Notes: generated by a model from the letters alone, not told the origin. A stretch of DNA of 37,374 nt from a virus (IMGVR_UViG_3300037991_004913:1-37374), one strand, 5' to 3'; positions 27,025 to 37,084 are shown, counted from the stretch's first letter. A program made the numbers and translations.

Positions 27025-30000
27025 TTAAGATATTGCTACCTCTTTTATGTTTAAGATATTTCTATCCTTTTTATATTTATTCCCATTACTATCTGTAAGT
27101 TCTAATGTGATCACATACTTCCCTGGGTCTTTAAAAAGATATGTTAAATACTTACTTTCAAAATATATATCCGCTACCGATGAGTCAGTAGTATTTGATA
27201 TAGTCCACCTTGGATCTGCTTTGCCAACTATCCTACATTTGTCATAAACAAACATTGCCCATGTCATAGGAGGTAATACTTTTCCATCATTAATAAACTT
27301 AGCAGTATTCCATGTAGGATTACTTGATTTACTTTGGCCTTTTTTATAAATTCTACTCAAACAATCAACATTTCCACTTACTGGGATATTCTCAAATGGT
27401 ACATATCCAGAAGGAGCTATACTAGAAGCAAACATTGTATTTAAAATCGAAGTAGAAGGTGTTGCCAATAACTTACTTATATAATCAGTGTAAAGAGCAT
27501 GGCCCATTGGATTCTGTGAAGCCACCAATGCTGGTGTTGTAGCAGTCCATTCAGGCGATAAAGAACCTCCACTCACATAAGTAGATATAAAGTCCCATTC
27601 TGCAAAGATTAATAAGTATAAATACTCTCTCATCAACAAAGCATTAAATTCATTAAGACTTTGTCCAGGTTGTTGTGTATATGCTGAAGTATCAAAAGTT
27701 CCATTATTTATTGCCTCTGACATTGCAGCAAACGTTGGGCCAAACGATGAGGTTTGGTTAAATTCTACAGGATATGCACCAGGTAATCCAAAGGTTGTTA
27801 TTGTATGTATAGCATGTTCTAATACTTCTACTATTTGATCATTTGTAGCAGATGAAGGGTCTTCCCATATAAAATCAACATTAGCATTGTTGTCATTAGT
27901 GGTATCCCAACCTGGTAAAGTTTCTAAAGCAGGTGTATAAGAGCCCATCCCAATATAACCTATTCGTTGGATAGTTTTATTTGTCTGTAGAGATTGTAGA
28001 ACAGCTGCCTGCTTATCATAGATAATGCCTGTAGCATCTGGGTCCAAAATTAATTCAAATACTCTAGCTACTTTTTCTACAAAATTATCTGATACTGCAG
28101 GTGCTCCGCTTATTGCACCTAAAGCTACTAAAGTAGTACCATTGATGGCTAAAGATTTTTCAAATGGAGGATATGCTGAAGTTGCCTGTAGTGGACCTCC
28201 AACATAATCTGTACCTGTACCAGTTGAGCCTGCACATATCCTATCCCCGTTTACGTCAACAATATCTACAGAGGTAAAGTTACCAAATTTTCCATAATAT
28301 CTAGCAACGGCCTGTACAAACATTTGATTGTATGAAGAGTCCAATACAAGATTATAAACATACTTATTGATAATAGGATCCGAGCTTAAATTTAATTGTG
28401 TCACTGCTTCAGATAAAGTATCAGTTGTAATATCAAAATAATGTTGTCCTATTTGGCCATCAGCATCTACAATCTTTAAATAAGAATCAGGTTGCATTTC
28501 ACTGAATTGGAAGAATGCAGGAGTATCACCTGTACATGAAGTCATGTCCCACCAAAGGTGATACGCATTTTTCCAATTACTGGTTTTTTCATTTAAATTA
28601 TTCCAACGATATGGACCAGAGAAACTTTCTTTTCCACTATTCTGATAATTAAGAATTTGAAAATCAGCATTTGTGCCTATTCCAAAATTATTTAATATTG
28701 CATTTATTCTATCTAAAGATTCATATAGACTTGGCGTTTCTTCATCCCAAGTTATTGATGGGCTTTGTGGTAGGCTCCATAAAGAACCATAATTTTTCCA
28801 TGTATATTTTCCTTCACTACCCCAAGTATACTTAGCCTTTCTTGCTTGGTACCAACCAGAATATTCTACCTCTCTACTATCCACACATATAGTGTCAGTT
28901 TTTACAATTGAAGAAATGTTATTATATCCATCATACAATTTCATCTCTACTGTATAGGTTCCTACATAAGGTAAAGTTACAGGTAAAGTGTTATATGTAC
29001 CAATTGCGCCTCTTATATTAAAATAATAAGCAGGTGAAATATCAGTTTCATCTTTATAAATAGTCCATTCAATATCTGCTATGTTTCCATATTCCAAACC
29101 ATTCCAAGTAAATAAAGTTTCTCCTGGTAATTGTATAGAAGTAAATTGTCCACCACTTGAAGAATCCGCTAATGTTACAGAAGCAACAAATCTATTAACA
29201 TCATTTCCATAAGCCCTTATACATGGCCCAATCCCATTAGTGATTTGCGACCAATCAAACCATAACCAAGGATCAATTTGATTTGTCTTGTATACATTAA
29301 TTTGATTAAACAAAGAAGTGGTGATAGTTTGAATAGTATCAGCAGCAGTTACCGTGTGAGTAACTTGTGTATTTGTAGCAGGGTCGGATATTCTATAAAC
29401 ATCCCCTACTTGTGCACCTTGTACATTAAAATCAAAAGTAAAGAAGTCATTGGCATTTGTTAATTGTTGCCAAGTACTATCAATGTTGTCATAAGTTATA
29501 TTATTAAAGCTATCGTTACTTAAAGTTATTAAAGCACCACTCGGTACACCAGGTTGGTCTGGTAAACTTAATGAGGACTCACCAGGAACAAAATCTGCTA
29601 ATGTTCTATCTAAATCAGGAGCATATCTTGCAAAGTATGCAGCATAAACACCAGCAACAGATTGAATAGAAACATTCTGCCCCGCCTCTAATGTACCTAA
29701 TATACTATTAACATCAGGTCCTATTGGTGGAGCAGGTAAAGGATCACCTGAATTATATGGACCAGCTATCATATTTGGTCCTATGGCAGCACCACCTGCA
29801 GCCAAAGGAGCAATGTAAGCATTACAAAAGTTTATTATAGCTTGTCCTACTATAGCAGCTTCTTTTAGACAAAATGACTGGAAGTCTCTTAAATCTTCTA
29901 AGTATACGCACTTATTTGGCGAAGTTTTAAAATTTGCTTTAATACCTGCTTCAATAGTATTAGTATCATTTCTGCTGATAGTGTTAGTTACTTCTAATAA

Positions 30001-31170
30001 TCCAAAGAAATCTCCTTCACCAGTAATATCTTTAATATGAGCATTAAGAGGAAGATATTCATTTTCTAATTTCCTCTTTAATCCAAATAACTTTATTAAA
30101 GTTTCTTCAATAGTAAATTCTTGTGTTTCTTCTGTGATAGGTAAATCTTCATCAGTAAACTTATTAGGAACTATTTTATTGATTCTATAAATTAAACTAA
30201 ATAAACTAGTCTTTCTAAAATTTTTATTAGGCAAGGTTATTGACTTATCATCAAACTGAACGGTTGGAGAAAACAGATCAATTGCACTACTTTGAATATA
30301 CTTTCCAAACTGTGGGGAGTTTGCATTTACATTTTTCCAAAACTCTTTAACCTTTAAAGTATCATAACCAAAAAATTTAATAGCATTAATCAAACCCTTA
30401 TATGCACCTATAAAAGGATATATGTTAGATCCTTCTAACATTATTTCTTTTCTCTTTAAATTTATTTCTACAAAATCAGGTAGAGCTTCTTTAATGTTAG
30501 TATCTTTAAAGACAGTGCTATCAGATTCAATTACACTATAACCCATATTTTGAGTCATAGTCCTAAGTCTTTCATCTTCTCCTATGCTCTCAGCGTAAAC
30601 TGTAAATTCAGCGATTAGAGTATTTGTGCACTCATCAGTTATAGTTAATGTTCTCTTGTAAGTATTTTCATCAGCAGCAGAAAATGCTATGTTAATCTGT
30701 AATGCTTCGGATCTTATATCATCACTAACAATATAACCTTCACCATCAACAGTTTGGCTTAAGTCATAATCTAAAGGAACTTCTAATTTAGCTACTTTAA
30801 CTAATTCAGGCCCATCAGGTTCTTGAACCAACGCTGATTGAGTCCCTGTGTTAAAGTCCATGTCAAATTTAAAAAGAAATATATCAGTAGGGTCTGTGCT
30901 TGTCCAATCTACCAACCAATTACACGCAGCCTGTCCAGTAGGAACTCCTGTAGCACCATCACTGTAACCGTGGGGGTACCCAAACTTAAATGTGTTAGAA
31001 GTAGAATCTATCATTTTTTGTAAAATGAAAAGTTGTCCTACTTCAAACAAATCAATAGAAACCTGTGGAAGAAATATATCACCAGTCCACTTATCAGCAG
31101 ACTTGTCATAATTCATGTTGTAATTCTTCCCGTTCTTATCGAAGAAAAATAAATGTTCCCACTTTGCCAC
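27025..31170 (-). CDS. Baseplate wedge-like protein (gp7/P2 gpI-like) with PKD-like domains and an inserted zincin-like domain
   Basis: GTG start; YPFIGAYKGLINAIKFFGY...KEFW motif; PKD-like GTYTVEMKLYD and PGKYVITLELTDSNGN; EVLEHAIHTIT motif. Confidence 0.65.
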   Translation of the reverse strand: MAKWEHLFFFDKNGKNYNMNYDKSADKWTGDIFLPQVSIDLFEVGQLFILQKMIDSTSNTFKFGYPHGYSDGATGVPTGQAACNWLVDWTSTDPTDIFLFKFDMDFNTGTQSALVQEPDGPELVKVAKLEVPLDYDLSQTVDGEGYIVSDDIRSEALQINIAFSAADENTYKRTLTITDECTNTLIAEFTVYAESIGEDERLRTMTQNMGYSVIESDSTVFKDTNIKEALPDFVEINLKRKEIMLEGSNIYPFIGAYKGLINAIKFFGYDTLKVKEFWKNVNANSPQFGKYIQSSAIDLFSPTVQFDDKSITLPNKNFRKTSLFSLIYRINKIVPNKFTDEDLPITEETQEFTIEETLIKLFGLKRKLENEYLPLNAHIKDITGEGDFFGLLEVTNTISRNDTNTIEAGIKANFKTSPNKCVYLEDLRDFQSFCLKEAAIVGQAIINFCNAYIAPLAAGGAAIGPNMIAGPYNSGDPLPAPPIGPDVNSILGTLEAGQNVSIQSVAGVYAAYFARYAPDLDRTLADFVPGESSLSLPDQPGVPSGALITLSNDSFNNITYDNIDSTWQQLTNANDFFTFDFNVQGAQVGDVYRISDPATNTQVTHTVTAADTIQTITTSLFNQINVYKTNQIDPWLWFDWSQITNGIGPCIRAYGNDVNRFVASVTLADSSSGGQFTSIQLPGETLFTWNGLEYGNIADIEWTIYKDETDISPAYYFNIRGAIGTYNTLPVTLPYVGTYTVEMKLYDGYNNISSIVKTDTICVDSREVEYSGWYQARKAKYTWGSEGKYTWKNYGSLWSLPQSPSITWDEETPSLYESLDRINAILNNFGIGTNADFQILNYQNSGKESFSGPYRWNNLNEKTSNWKNAYHLWWDMTSCTGDTPAFFQFSEMQPDSYLKIVDADGQIGQHYFDITTDTLSEAVTQLNLSSDPIINKYVYNLVLDSSYNQMFVQAVARYYGKFGNFTSVDIVDVNGDRICAGSTGTGTDYVGGPLQATSAYPPFEKSLAINGTTLVALGAISGAPAVSDNFVEKVARVFELILDPDATGIIYDKQAAVLQSLQTNKTIQRIGYIGMGSYTPALETLPGWDTTNDNNANVDFIWEDPSSATNDQIVEVLEHAIHTITTFGLPGAYPVEFNQTSSFGPTFAAMSEAINNGTFDTSAYTQQPGQSLNEFNALLMREYLYLLIFAEWDFISTYVSGGSLSPEWTATTPALVASQNPMGHALYTDYISKLLATPSTSILNTMFASSIAPSGYVPFENIPVSGNVDCLSRIYKKGQSKSSNPTWNTAKFINDGKVLPPMTWAMFVYDKCRIVGKADPRWTISNTTDSSVADIYFESKYLTYLFKDPGKYVITLELTDSNGNKYKKDRNILNIKEVAIS

Positions 31171-31176
31171 TCTTTA

Positions 31177-31446
31177 TTAATTTATTTTTTGATAGTACTT
31201 AGGTACAGCAAAGTTAAAAAATATTCTCAAATACTTTACACGGTTAACATAGTAAACCATAATAGGATTAAGATAATCCTCTAAAAACTTTTTAAGATGA
31301 GGATTCCTAAACATATAATTTGACATTGTTTTATTCAACAATGTATTCGTATAATCATAGCCAGTATTTTTCAATACCCAACCTTCTTCATACGTTGCTC
31401 TGTATAAACTAGGAAATCCTGTTCTGTTATTTTTTTCTGTAGCCAT
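31177..31446 (-). CDS. Small hypothetical baseplate-associated protein
   Basis: 89 aa, tightly packed between the gp6-like and gp7-like genes. Confidence 0.65.
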   Translation of the reverse strand: MATEKNNRTGFPSLYRATYEEGWVLKNTGYDYTNTLLNKTMSNYMFRNPHLKKFLEDYLNPIMVYYVNRVKYLRIFFNFAVPKYYQKIN

Positions 31447-31447
31447 A

Positions 31448-33304
31448 TTATTCTCCTTTAAGTGCTTTTAATGTTGGTGTATTTTGTAACCTACCTGTAT
31501 TAAGACCAGCAGAGTTAGCACCAGTCGCAATGGTAGTTCCTCTATTACGTTTGGTCTTATTATATTTTTCTTGTTGTATCTTATTGTAAAGATTGTTTTT
31601 AATTGCTTCTTTATAAAATACATTCAATGAACTAATTTTATTTGCTTCTGGTATAGGCTCATAAAAAGTTCCATTCCTATCTTCCCATCCACCTCTTATT
31701 ATTGCTAATTCATCATTTTCAATTATTACATCACCAAAACTATCCAAACCTAACTGTGGATCTTCTCCGTCCTGTAATACAATCTTTTTGTTTTCTATCA
31801 ACACTCTTTGATCAGTTACAGGATCTGTTCCATAAACAGGAACAAAATAAAAACCGTCTCTTATAGCCTTTTCATTTCTTTCGGATATGAAGAAAACATT
31901 TACTGAATCAATTCCTTCTACATTTTCAATAATAGAAATAATATCAGATCTTGGAATTCTATCTCTTCTATTAACATTTAAGAAATAATCATCTAAGTTT
32001 TTTCTTATCTCTATTCTGATAGCATCCTTATCAAAATTTTCAAAATATCTTACAACAATATTTAATGCATATTTTCTAACTATAGGATCCTTAATTCTAA
32101 CCTCAGCAGTAACAACCTGTCTACCGCTCTTATTAATAATTTCTAAAGTTTGTTCTTTTTCCTCGTCGGTCATGGTGAACTCAACCTCAGGAACACTAAA
32201 GTAATCTTTATCACTTGTTAATTTTTTCTTAACATCTGGAATTAAGAATAAGTATATGATATTGTCATCATCTAAATATTGATCATTTTTAGTATTATAG
32301 GCATCTATGAAAGACCAAAAGTCATACTTACTTAAATAATAAATGTAGTTATTAGGATTAGCTAAAACAAAAGAATTACTCTGGTAAGGAGCAATGAGTC
32401 TTGTAAAACTAGGATCTTCTGAATCAGAACCAAAATTAGGATTCCTAACAATATTTAAAGAAAGTATTTCATTAAGATCTACAGTCTCACCTGAAGAATC
32501 AGTACCTTCAGTTGAAAACTTAATATCTAATTGTTTACCACCAATATTTCCAGCAACACCTCTAGTTTTTACATAAGTTACTCTAATTATAGAACCTAAT
32601 GGTGGTGGAGCCCCAAATTGGTTATTTCCAAAGAATACACTTAATCCACCATTTACACTGGTTTTAATCATTGCGCATTCTTCTCCATTATTCATATCAT
32701 ATAAAGAATCTACTAACTGCCACCTTTTACCATCAACAAAAACTTCAACTAAGAATTGGTCTGTTGGTTCTTTAGTAGATAGGTTATAACTTTGTAATGC
32801 TAATCCAGTACCGGTAAATGTTTGTTCATCCTTTTCGCCTTGAATAACTTCTACATTAACAAAAGTTTTAGTTGTTTTATCTAATCTTATAAAGTCACTA
32901 TCAAATCTTAAAAAGTATGTTAATCCATTTTGGCCTATTTCAAAACTTGCACCATTCATTATTTGAACATAGTCACCATTTAAGAGGGCAGACGCACTTG
33001 TATTTAATCTTAATCCAATTATACCTCTTGCAGATATACCTCTTGTAGGGTCATGTCCTGTAAGTCTGGATAAACCATATATAGATTCTATGTTTCGTGC
33101 TCGTGTTATATTAAGTTCGGTTGCAACTGCTTCAATATAAAAGAAAATCATTTCTCCTAAGTTTGCAACCACAGTTAGAATTTGCCCAAATGGTGAAGCC
33201 GGAGTAAATGTTTCTCGAGCCTGATCATATGTACGCTGAAGATACTCAAAAGAGTCCTGAAATAACTGTGTGGCTTTTAATCTTGTTTTACTAAAGAATG
33301 ACAT
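31448..33304 (-). CDS. Baseplate wedge subunit (T4 gp6-like)
   Basis: ELNITRARNIESIYGLSRLTGH.P.R, SVFFGNNQFGAPPP.GS.I.V.Y..T.G..GN and SDIISIIENVEGIDSV motifs. Confidence 0.85.
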   Translation of the reverse strand: MSFFSKTRLKATQLFQDSFEYLQRTYDQARETFTPASPFGQILTVVANLGEMIFFYIEAVATELNITRARNIESIYGLSRLTGHDPTRGISARGIIGLRLNTSASALLNGDYVQIMNGASFEIGQNGLTYFLRFDSDFIRLDKTTKTFVNVEVIQGEKDEQTFTGTGLALQSYNLSTKEPTDQFLVEVFVDGKRWQLVDSLYDMNNGEECAMIKTSVNGGLSVFFGNNQFGAPPPLGSIIRVTYVKTRGVAGNIGGKQLDIKFSTEGTDSSGETVDLNEILSLNIVRNPNFGSDSEDPSFTRLIAPYQSNSFVLANPNNYIYYLSKYDFWSFIDAYNTKNDQYLDDDNIIYLFLIPDVKKKLTSDKDYFSVPEVEFTMTDEEKEQTLEIINKSGRQVVTAEVRIKDPIVRKYALNIVVRYFENFDKDAIRIEIRKNLDDYFLNVNRRDRIPRSDIISIIENVEGIDSVNVFFISERNEKAIRDGFYFVPVYGTDPVTDQRVLIENKKIVLQDGEDPQLGLDSFGDVIIENDELAIIRGGWEDRNGTFYEPIPEANKISSLNVFYKEAIKNNLYNKIQQEKYNKTKRNRGTTIATGANSAGLNTGRLQNTPTLKALKGE

Positions 33305-33317
33305 CTAATATATTATT

Positions 33318-33680
33318 TTAAAATAGTGCTCCTATTACTCTTTGTTCATTTACAAAAATGTCTACTAAACAACCATCAACTTCAGCAGTAGAATAAAAAG
33401 TTACTTTCGTATCAATATCAAATCCACCTTCATTAGCCAAACAAAAAGCTGTTATTTGGCTGTTTATAGTATTTTGTATAACTGTTTCATTTACTACTAG
33501 AGAAAAAACTAAATCTTCTAAATTAGCTCCTAATCCAGGTACTCCTAAAACATCTCCTCTTCTTGTAAAAAGACAGTTCTCAATTTTAAGAATAAGTTGA
33601 GATAGAGGATCGCTTACTTCCAAAGTATTTTCATTATACTTAGGAGCCTCTATATCTCTACTATAAATATCTCTAATCAT
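33318..33680 (-). CDS. Baseplate protein gp25/GPW-like
   Basis: IENCLFTRRGDVLGVPGLGANLEDLVF matches the gp25 T..GE....P.FG..L..L.F motif. Confidence 0.85.
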   Translation of the reverse strand: MIRDIYSRDIEAPKYNENTLEVSDPLSQLILKIENCLFTRRGDVLGVPGLGANLEDLVFSLVVNETVIQNTINSQITAFCLANEGGFDIDTKVTFYSTAEVDGCLVDIFVNEQRVIGALF

Positions 33681-33682
33681 GG

Positions 33683-33710
33683 GAGAACAATTATTTTATT
33701 ATATATTCTC
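33683..33710 (-). promoter_or_regulatory. GAATATATAA motif within a short hairpin (GAGAATA/TGTTCTC) abutting the gp25 ATG
   Basis: Arms at 33683-33689 and 33704-33710; motif at 33699-33708. Confidence 0.5.
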
Positions 33711-33739
33711 TTTAATTTTGATGGCTTTCAGATTATATT

Positions 33740-34603
33740 TTATCCAGTAAAGAAATAGTCTACACCTTCATCTCCCTTAATTTCTTCAACTATTCTATCT
33801 ACTTCTTCTCTTCCTTCTGATGAGATTAAATCATAATTGATAGTTATGTTACCAGGAAGATTAAAATTAAAAGTTCCTAAAATTCTAGCTAACTGAATTT
33901 TTGCTTGCCCTATACAATATCTTTGGAATGCTTCATCATCAAAAAGATTACAATCAGGAATAGTAGAAAATATTTCAAATATCACAGCTCTTTTTGGTAG
34001 TTCACCTTGGAATCTAAACTTTTTTGTAAGCCTATTGTAACTATAAGATATCTGAGGTAAAAGAACCTGCCTAGTGTTATCTAAGAACAAAGAATTGACA
34101 ACATAATACATTAAGTTTTCACTTCCTATACCTGCACCATAAACATCGCTATAAATAAATTTGTCAATTGAAAAATCTACATCACCTGCATTAAAACTAT
34201 AATCTCCGAAACCACCGTCTTCTCCACTAAAGCCACCTATTTCAAAAACATCATTAACAGAATAAACTCTAGAAGGCATTTGAATTATGCCCCTAGGATT
34301 ATTAATATTTTTCTTGTTTGTTATTGTTTCATTATTAGCCCCACCTCCAAACGGTACTCCTTGCTTAAAGTCCTGTTTAGCTAAAGCACCAGCAGGTAAA
34401 GCAATATACATTTGCTCTACACTATCTTCATAAATTTTATAAAAATAGTTTTTAGCTCTTTTGATAATATTAGCAAGTTCCTTTTTAGGAACAGTGAAAG
34501 GAATCTGGCATGCAATAGTTAATTCAGAGTTAATCATTTGAATTAGCTCATCTAAACATGCTGCTTCATCTGGATCATTACAATAAGTATTCTTATTAGC
34601 CAT
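33740..34603 (-). CDS. Neck/head-tail adaptor protein (T4 gp13-like)
   Basis: RYCIGQAKIQLARILGTFNFNLPGNITINYD...EGREE matches the gp13 C-terminal signature. Confidence 0.8.
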   Translation of the reverse strand: MANKNTYCNDPDEAACLDELIQMINSELTIACQIPFTVPKKELANIIKRAKNYFYKIYEDSVEQMYIALPAGALAKQDFKQGVPFGGGANNETITNKKNINNPRGIIQMPSRVYSVNDVFEIGGFSGEDGGFGDYSFNAGDVDFSIDKFIYSDVYGAGIGSENLMYYVVNSLFLDNTRQVLLPQISYSYNRLTKKFRFQGELPKRAVIFEIFSTIPDCNLFDDEAFQRYCIGQAKIQLARILGTFNFNLPGNITINYDLISSEGREEVDRIVEEIKGDEGVDYFFTG

Positions 34604-34606
34604 ACT

Positions 34607-35902
34607 TTATTTTATTTTTTCTAATTCTATTATTTCGGTATCTTCAAATCTTGCCAATTTAGTAGCTCTACCTTTTCTAAATATACCACCTTCCATCTCA
34701 CCACTAAATACACCTCTTGGTCCAAATACATAAGAGTCTTTGACTACTACATTTTTACTAACATAAGAATCTTCTATCTTGCAATCAAGAGCGTCAGTTG
34801 TTCCAAAGAGATTACATTCAGTTAATGAAGTATTTAGTAATTCACAGCCAAATAGATCACAACGAATTATATTACCTTGTATTTTACTATCTACTAAATC
34901 TATCCCACTTACCTCAAAACATCTCATCAGCTCTGCATCTTTAACTTGTATTCTTCCACTATCTGCATCATAGTTTATTAGACCCTTTCTCATATCTGCC
35001 TTTGTCAAAAGCTCAAATATTTTTTCTCTCATTTTAGGATAAAAGGTTTCTACAATTTGATCATAAGTTTTTAAATCAACCATAAGCTTAATATCAGGAA
35101 ATTTAGATTTAAATATCTGATAGTCTTTATAAGATCTTATAACATCACCATGTTTTTCCAGTATGGCATTTAATTTTTTTACATCTTCATTTGTATATTT
35201 AGGATTATTTAAAGTTTCATACAATGATATAATAAAATGTTCAGTCATACTCATTATAGTGTTGTACTTCTTTTCATAATCTTTACCACCTAAGTATCTA
35301 AACTCAATATAGTTTTTAGGTAATTTTGAAAAGTTAACTCCATAATACTTTTCGGAAACAAACATATAGTTTCTCCATGATATATTTTCAGGTGATGGTT
35401 GAGTCATTCCACTCAAAGGAACAATAAATTTGATAGACTTGGCATAAACAGAATCTTTCCTATCTGGAAACGATTCATAAACTTTATCTTCATCAAAGTT
35501 TAAAACAAACTTACCAATGTCCAAATTAGAAACATTTACAGGTGTTCCTAATTTACTCCCATCAAATGCTACATTAATATGAATAGAACATCTTTCATTA
35601 GTAGATCCATTTTCTCTAATCCACTTTAAAGTTTTCGCAATAATTAATTTTGATTCAACAAAAGGCATAGGACCTGTAACGAGTTCAATCATACCAGATC
35701 CACCTGAATTATCAGGCTCTAACTTAAAGATATCTTCAGTAGGAGAAAAGTCACTATGAGCCTTTTCTTCAATTCTTATCTGTTTATTTAAACTATTTGA
35801 TAATCCTAATTTGACTTCATCTAATCCTTCATTAGCAAAGAATTCAAATTCTAATCCTATCTTAGAAGAATATATTGCATTTAATTGTTCGTTAGTATAC
35901 AT
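34607..35902 (-). CDS. Putative amidoligase (COOH-NH2 ligase, glutamine-synthetase-like fold) with C-terminal beta-helix repeats
   Basis: IGLEFEF, PDNS, IELVTGP, CSIHINV, YYGVN and IEFRYLGG motifs; C-terminus has 5-residue repeats (IIRCD LFGCE LLNTS LTECN). Confidence 0.8.
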   Translation of the reverse strand: MYTNEQLNAIYSSKIGLEFEFFANEGLDEVKLGLSNSLNKQIRIEEKAHSDFSPTEDIFKLEPDNSGGSGMIELVTGPMPFVESKLIIAKTLKWIRENGSTNERCSIHINVAFDGSKLGTPVNVSNLDIGKFVLNFDEDKVYESFPDRKDSVYAKSIKFIVPLSGMTQPSPENISWRNYMFVSEKYYGVNFSKLPKNYIEFRYLGGKDYEKKYNTIMSMTEHFIISLYETLNNPKYTNEDVKKLNAILEKHGDVIRSYKDYQIFKSKFPDIKLMVDLKTYDQIVETFYPKMREKIFELLTKADMRKGLINYDADSGRIQVKDAELMRCFEVSGIDLVDSKIQGNIIRCDLFGCELLNTSLTECNLFGTTDALDCKIEDSYVSKNVVVKDSYVFGPRGVFSGEMEGGIFRKGRATKLARFEDTEIIELEKIK

Positions 35903-35906
35903 GTAG

Positions 35907-35939
35907 TTCCTGATTTGTTTATATATTTACAATCAGGAA
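35907..35939 (-). promoter_or_regulatory. Inverted repeat TTCCTGATT/AATCAGGAA with AATATATAA in the loop, 4 nt from the amidoligase ATG
   Basis: Perfect 9-bp arms at 35907-35915 and 35931-35939. Confidence 0.65.
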
Positions 35940-35944
35940 TGCAG

Positions 35945-37084
35945 TTATACAATGTTCATGGTAATCTTCCTATCATTAACATTAACACTTCCAATCTTAA
36001 CATTAATCATATCACCTTTTGCAATTTCTCGATTTTTCAATTTGGATTTATGAACTAATCCACTAATACCTTTCTCTAATTCAACGAAGGCGCCATAAGA
36101 AGTTAGTTTTGTAACTTTACCTTCAGTAATCATCATAGGTTTATACTTTTCATCTGCACCATCCCATAAATCAATCTTAGGTCCTAATTGACTTAAAATA
36201 ATTTTTCTTTCTGAAATTATTTCTTTAGTCCAGAATTTTATTTCATCACCTGGTTTTATCTCTCTTTTGTCTAAAGCTTCTTGCAAGTCTTCAGATAATT
36301 CAGCTTTTGGAATCAATCCAGTTAAGCATTCATCAAATTCAGCAAATACTCCAAACTTAGTAGTCCCTGTAACAAACCCTGTCTTTTCTTCTTTTATATT
36401 TTCTTTAAGCTTTTCTATTGTTGTAGGTATCATTGTTCTCAAGTATTCTCTATGAGATACAACAATAGTATCCTTCTCTTTAGAAAAAGTAATCGGCATA
36501 ACAATAATTTCTTTGCCTAAAAGAATATTAAAATCATGAAGTTTATTTAATCCTCCTAATGAACCTGGCATAAAACATTGTATACCTGCAACATCTACCC
36601 AGTAACCACCATGAATTAGTTCTTTAACTTTTCCAGTAAACCCTACACTCTTATTTCCAATAGCTTCTTTAATTTCTTTCATCTTAACTTCCATAAGAGC
36701 ATCAGAAATAGAAGCTATAACATCACCTGTTTTAGATGTCTTAATTTTTACATCAATCTCCATGCCTACTTGTAATTCATTAACTATATAATCAGGTTCT
36801 TTCGTTAATGCACAAAATGCTGTATGTTTAGACTCAATGTCGATTAGAGCTCTAGTCTTGTCTTCGGATATGAAAGATACTTCTCCTCTTGTGGTATAGT
36901 TGGTTTTGTTTTCGATATATCTGGTTTTATCGATAGCTGCATCAGTTAAACCATAAATAGCTAATGCATCTGGTGCATATGCTTCATTACTTAGAAGTTT
37001 TACACCATGAGGGACCTGTACTTTAATTGTTTTTGTATCGAATGGATCTTCGCTTAATTGTACAGTGATTTCTTGTTCGGTCAT
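35945..37084 (-). CDS. rpsA: Ribosomal protein bS1 homologue with four S1 domains
   Basis: Four S1/OB repeats: GEV...LIDIESKH; GKVKELIHGGYWVDVAGIQCFMPGS; GFVTGTTKFGVFAEF..LTGLIPKAELS; GKVTKLTSYGAFVELEKGISGLVHKS. Confidence 0.88.
   Translation of the reverse strand: MTEQEITVQLSEDPFDTKTIKVQVPHGVKLLSNEAYAPDALAIYGLTDAAIDKTRYIENKTNYTTRGEVSFISEDKTRALIDIESKHTAFCALTKEPDYIVNELQVGMEIDVKIKTSKTGDVIASISDALMEVKMKEIKEAIGNKSVGFTGKVKELIHGGYWVDVAGIQCFMPGSLGGLNKLHDFNILLGKEIIVMPITFSKEKDTIVVSHREYLRTMIPTTIEKLKENIKEEKTGFVTGTTKFGVFAEFDECLTGLIPKAELSEDLQEALDKREIKPGDEIKFWTKEIISERKIILSQLGPKIDLWDGADEKYKPMMITEGKVTKLTSYGAFVELEKGISGLVHKSKLKNREIAKGDMINVKIGSVNVNDRKITMNIV

Noticed and set aside
27345-28240. Insert in the wedge protein as an intein
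   Set aside because: No C-terminal His-Asn followed by Cys/Ser/Thr, and no LAGLIDADG or block B motifs.
270-36455. Numerous short plus-strand ORFs (e.g. 1083-1484, 2274-2873, 8246-8584, 23721-24113)
   Set aside because: All are antisense shadows of long minus-strand genes, with Ser/Phe-rich compositions expected from the reverse complement.
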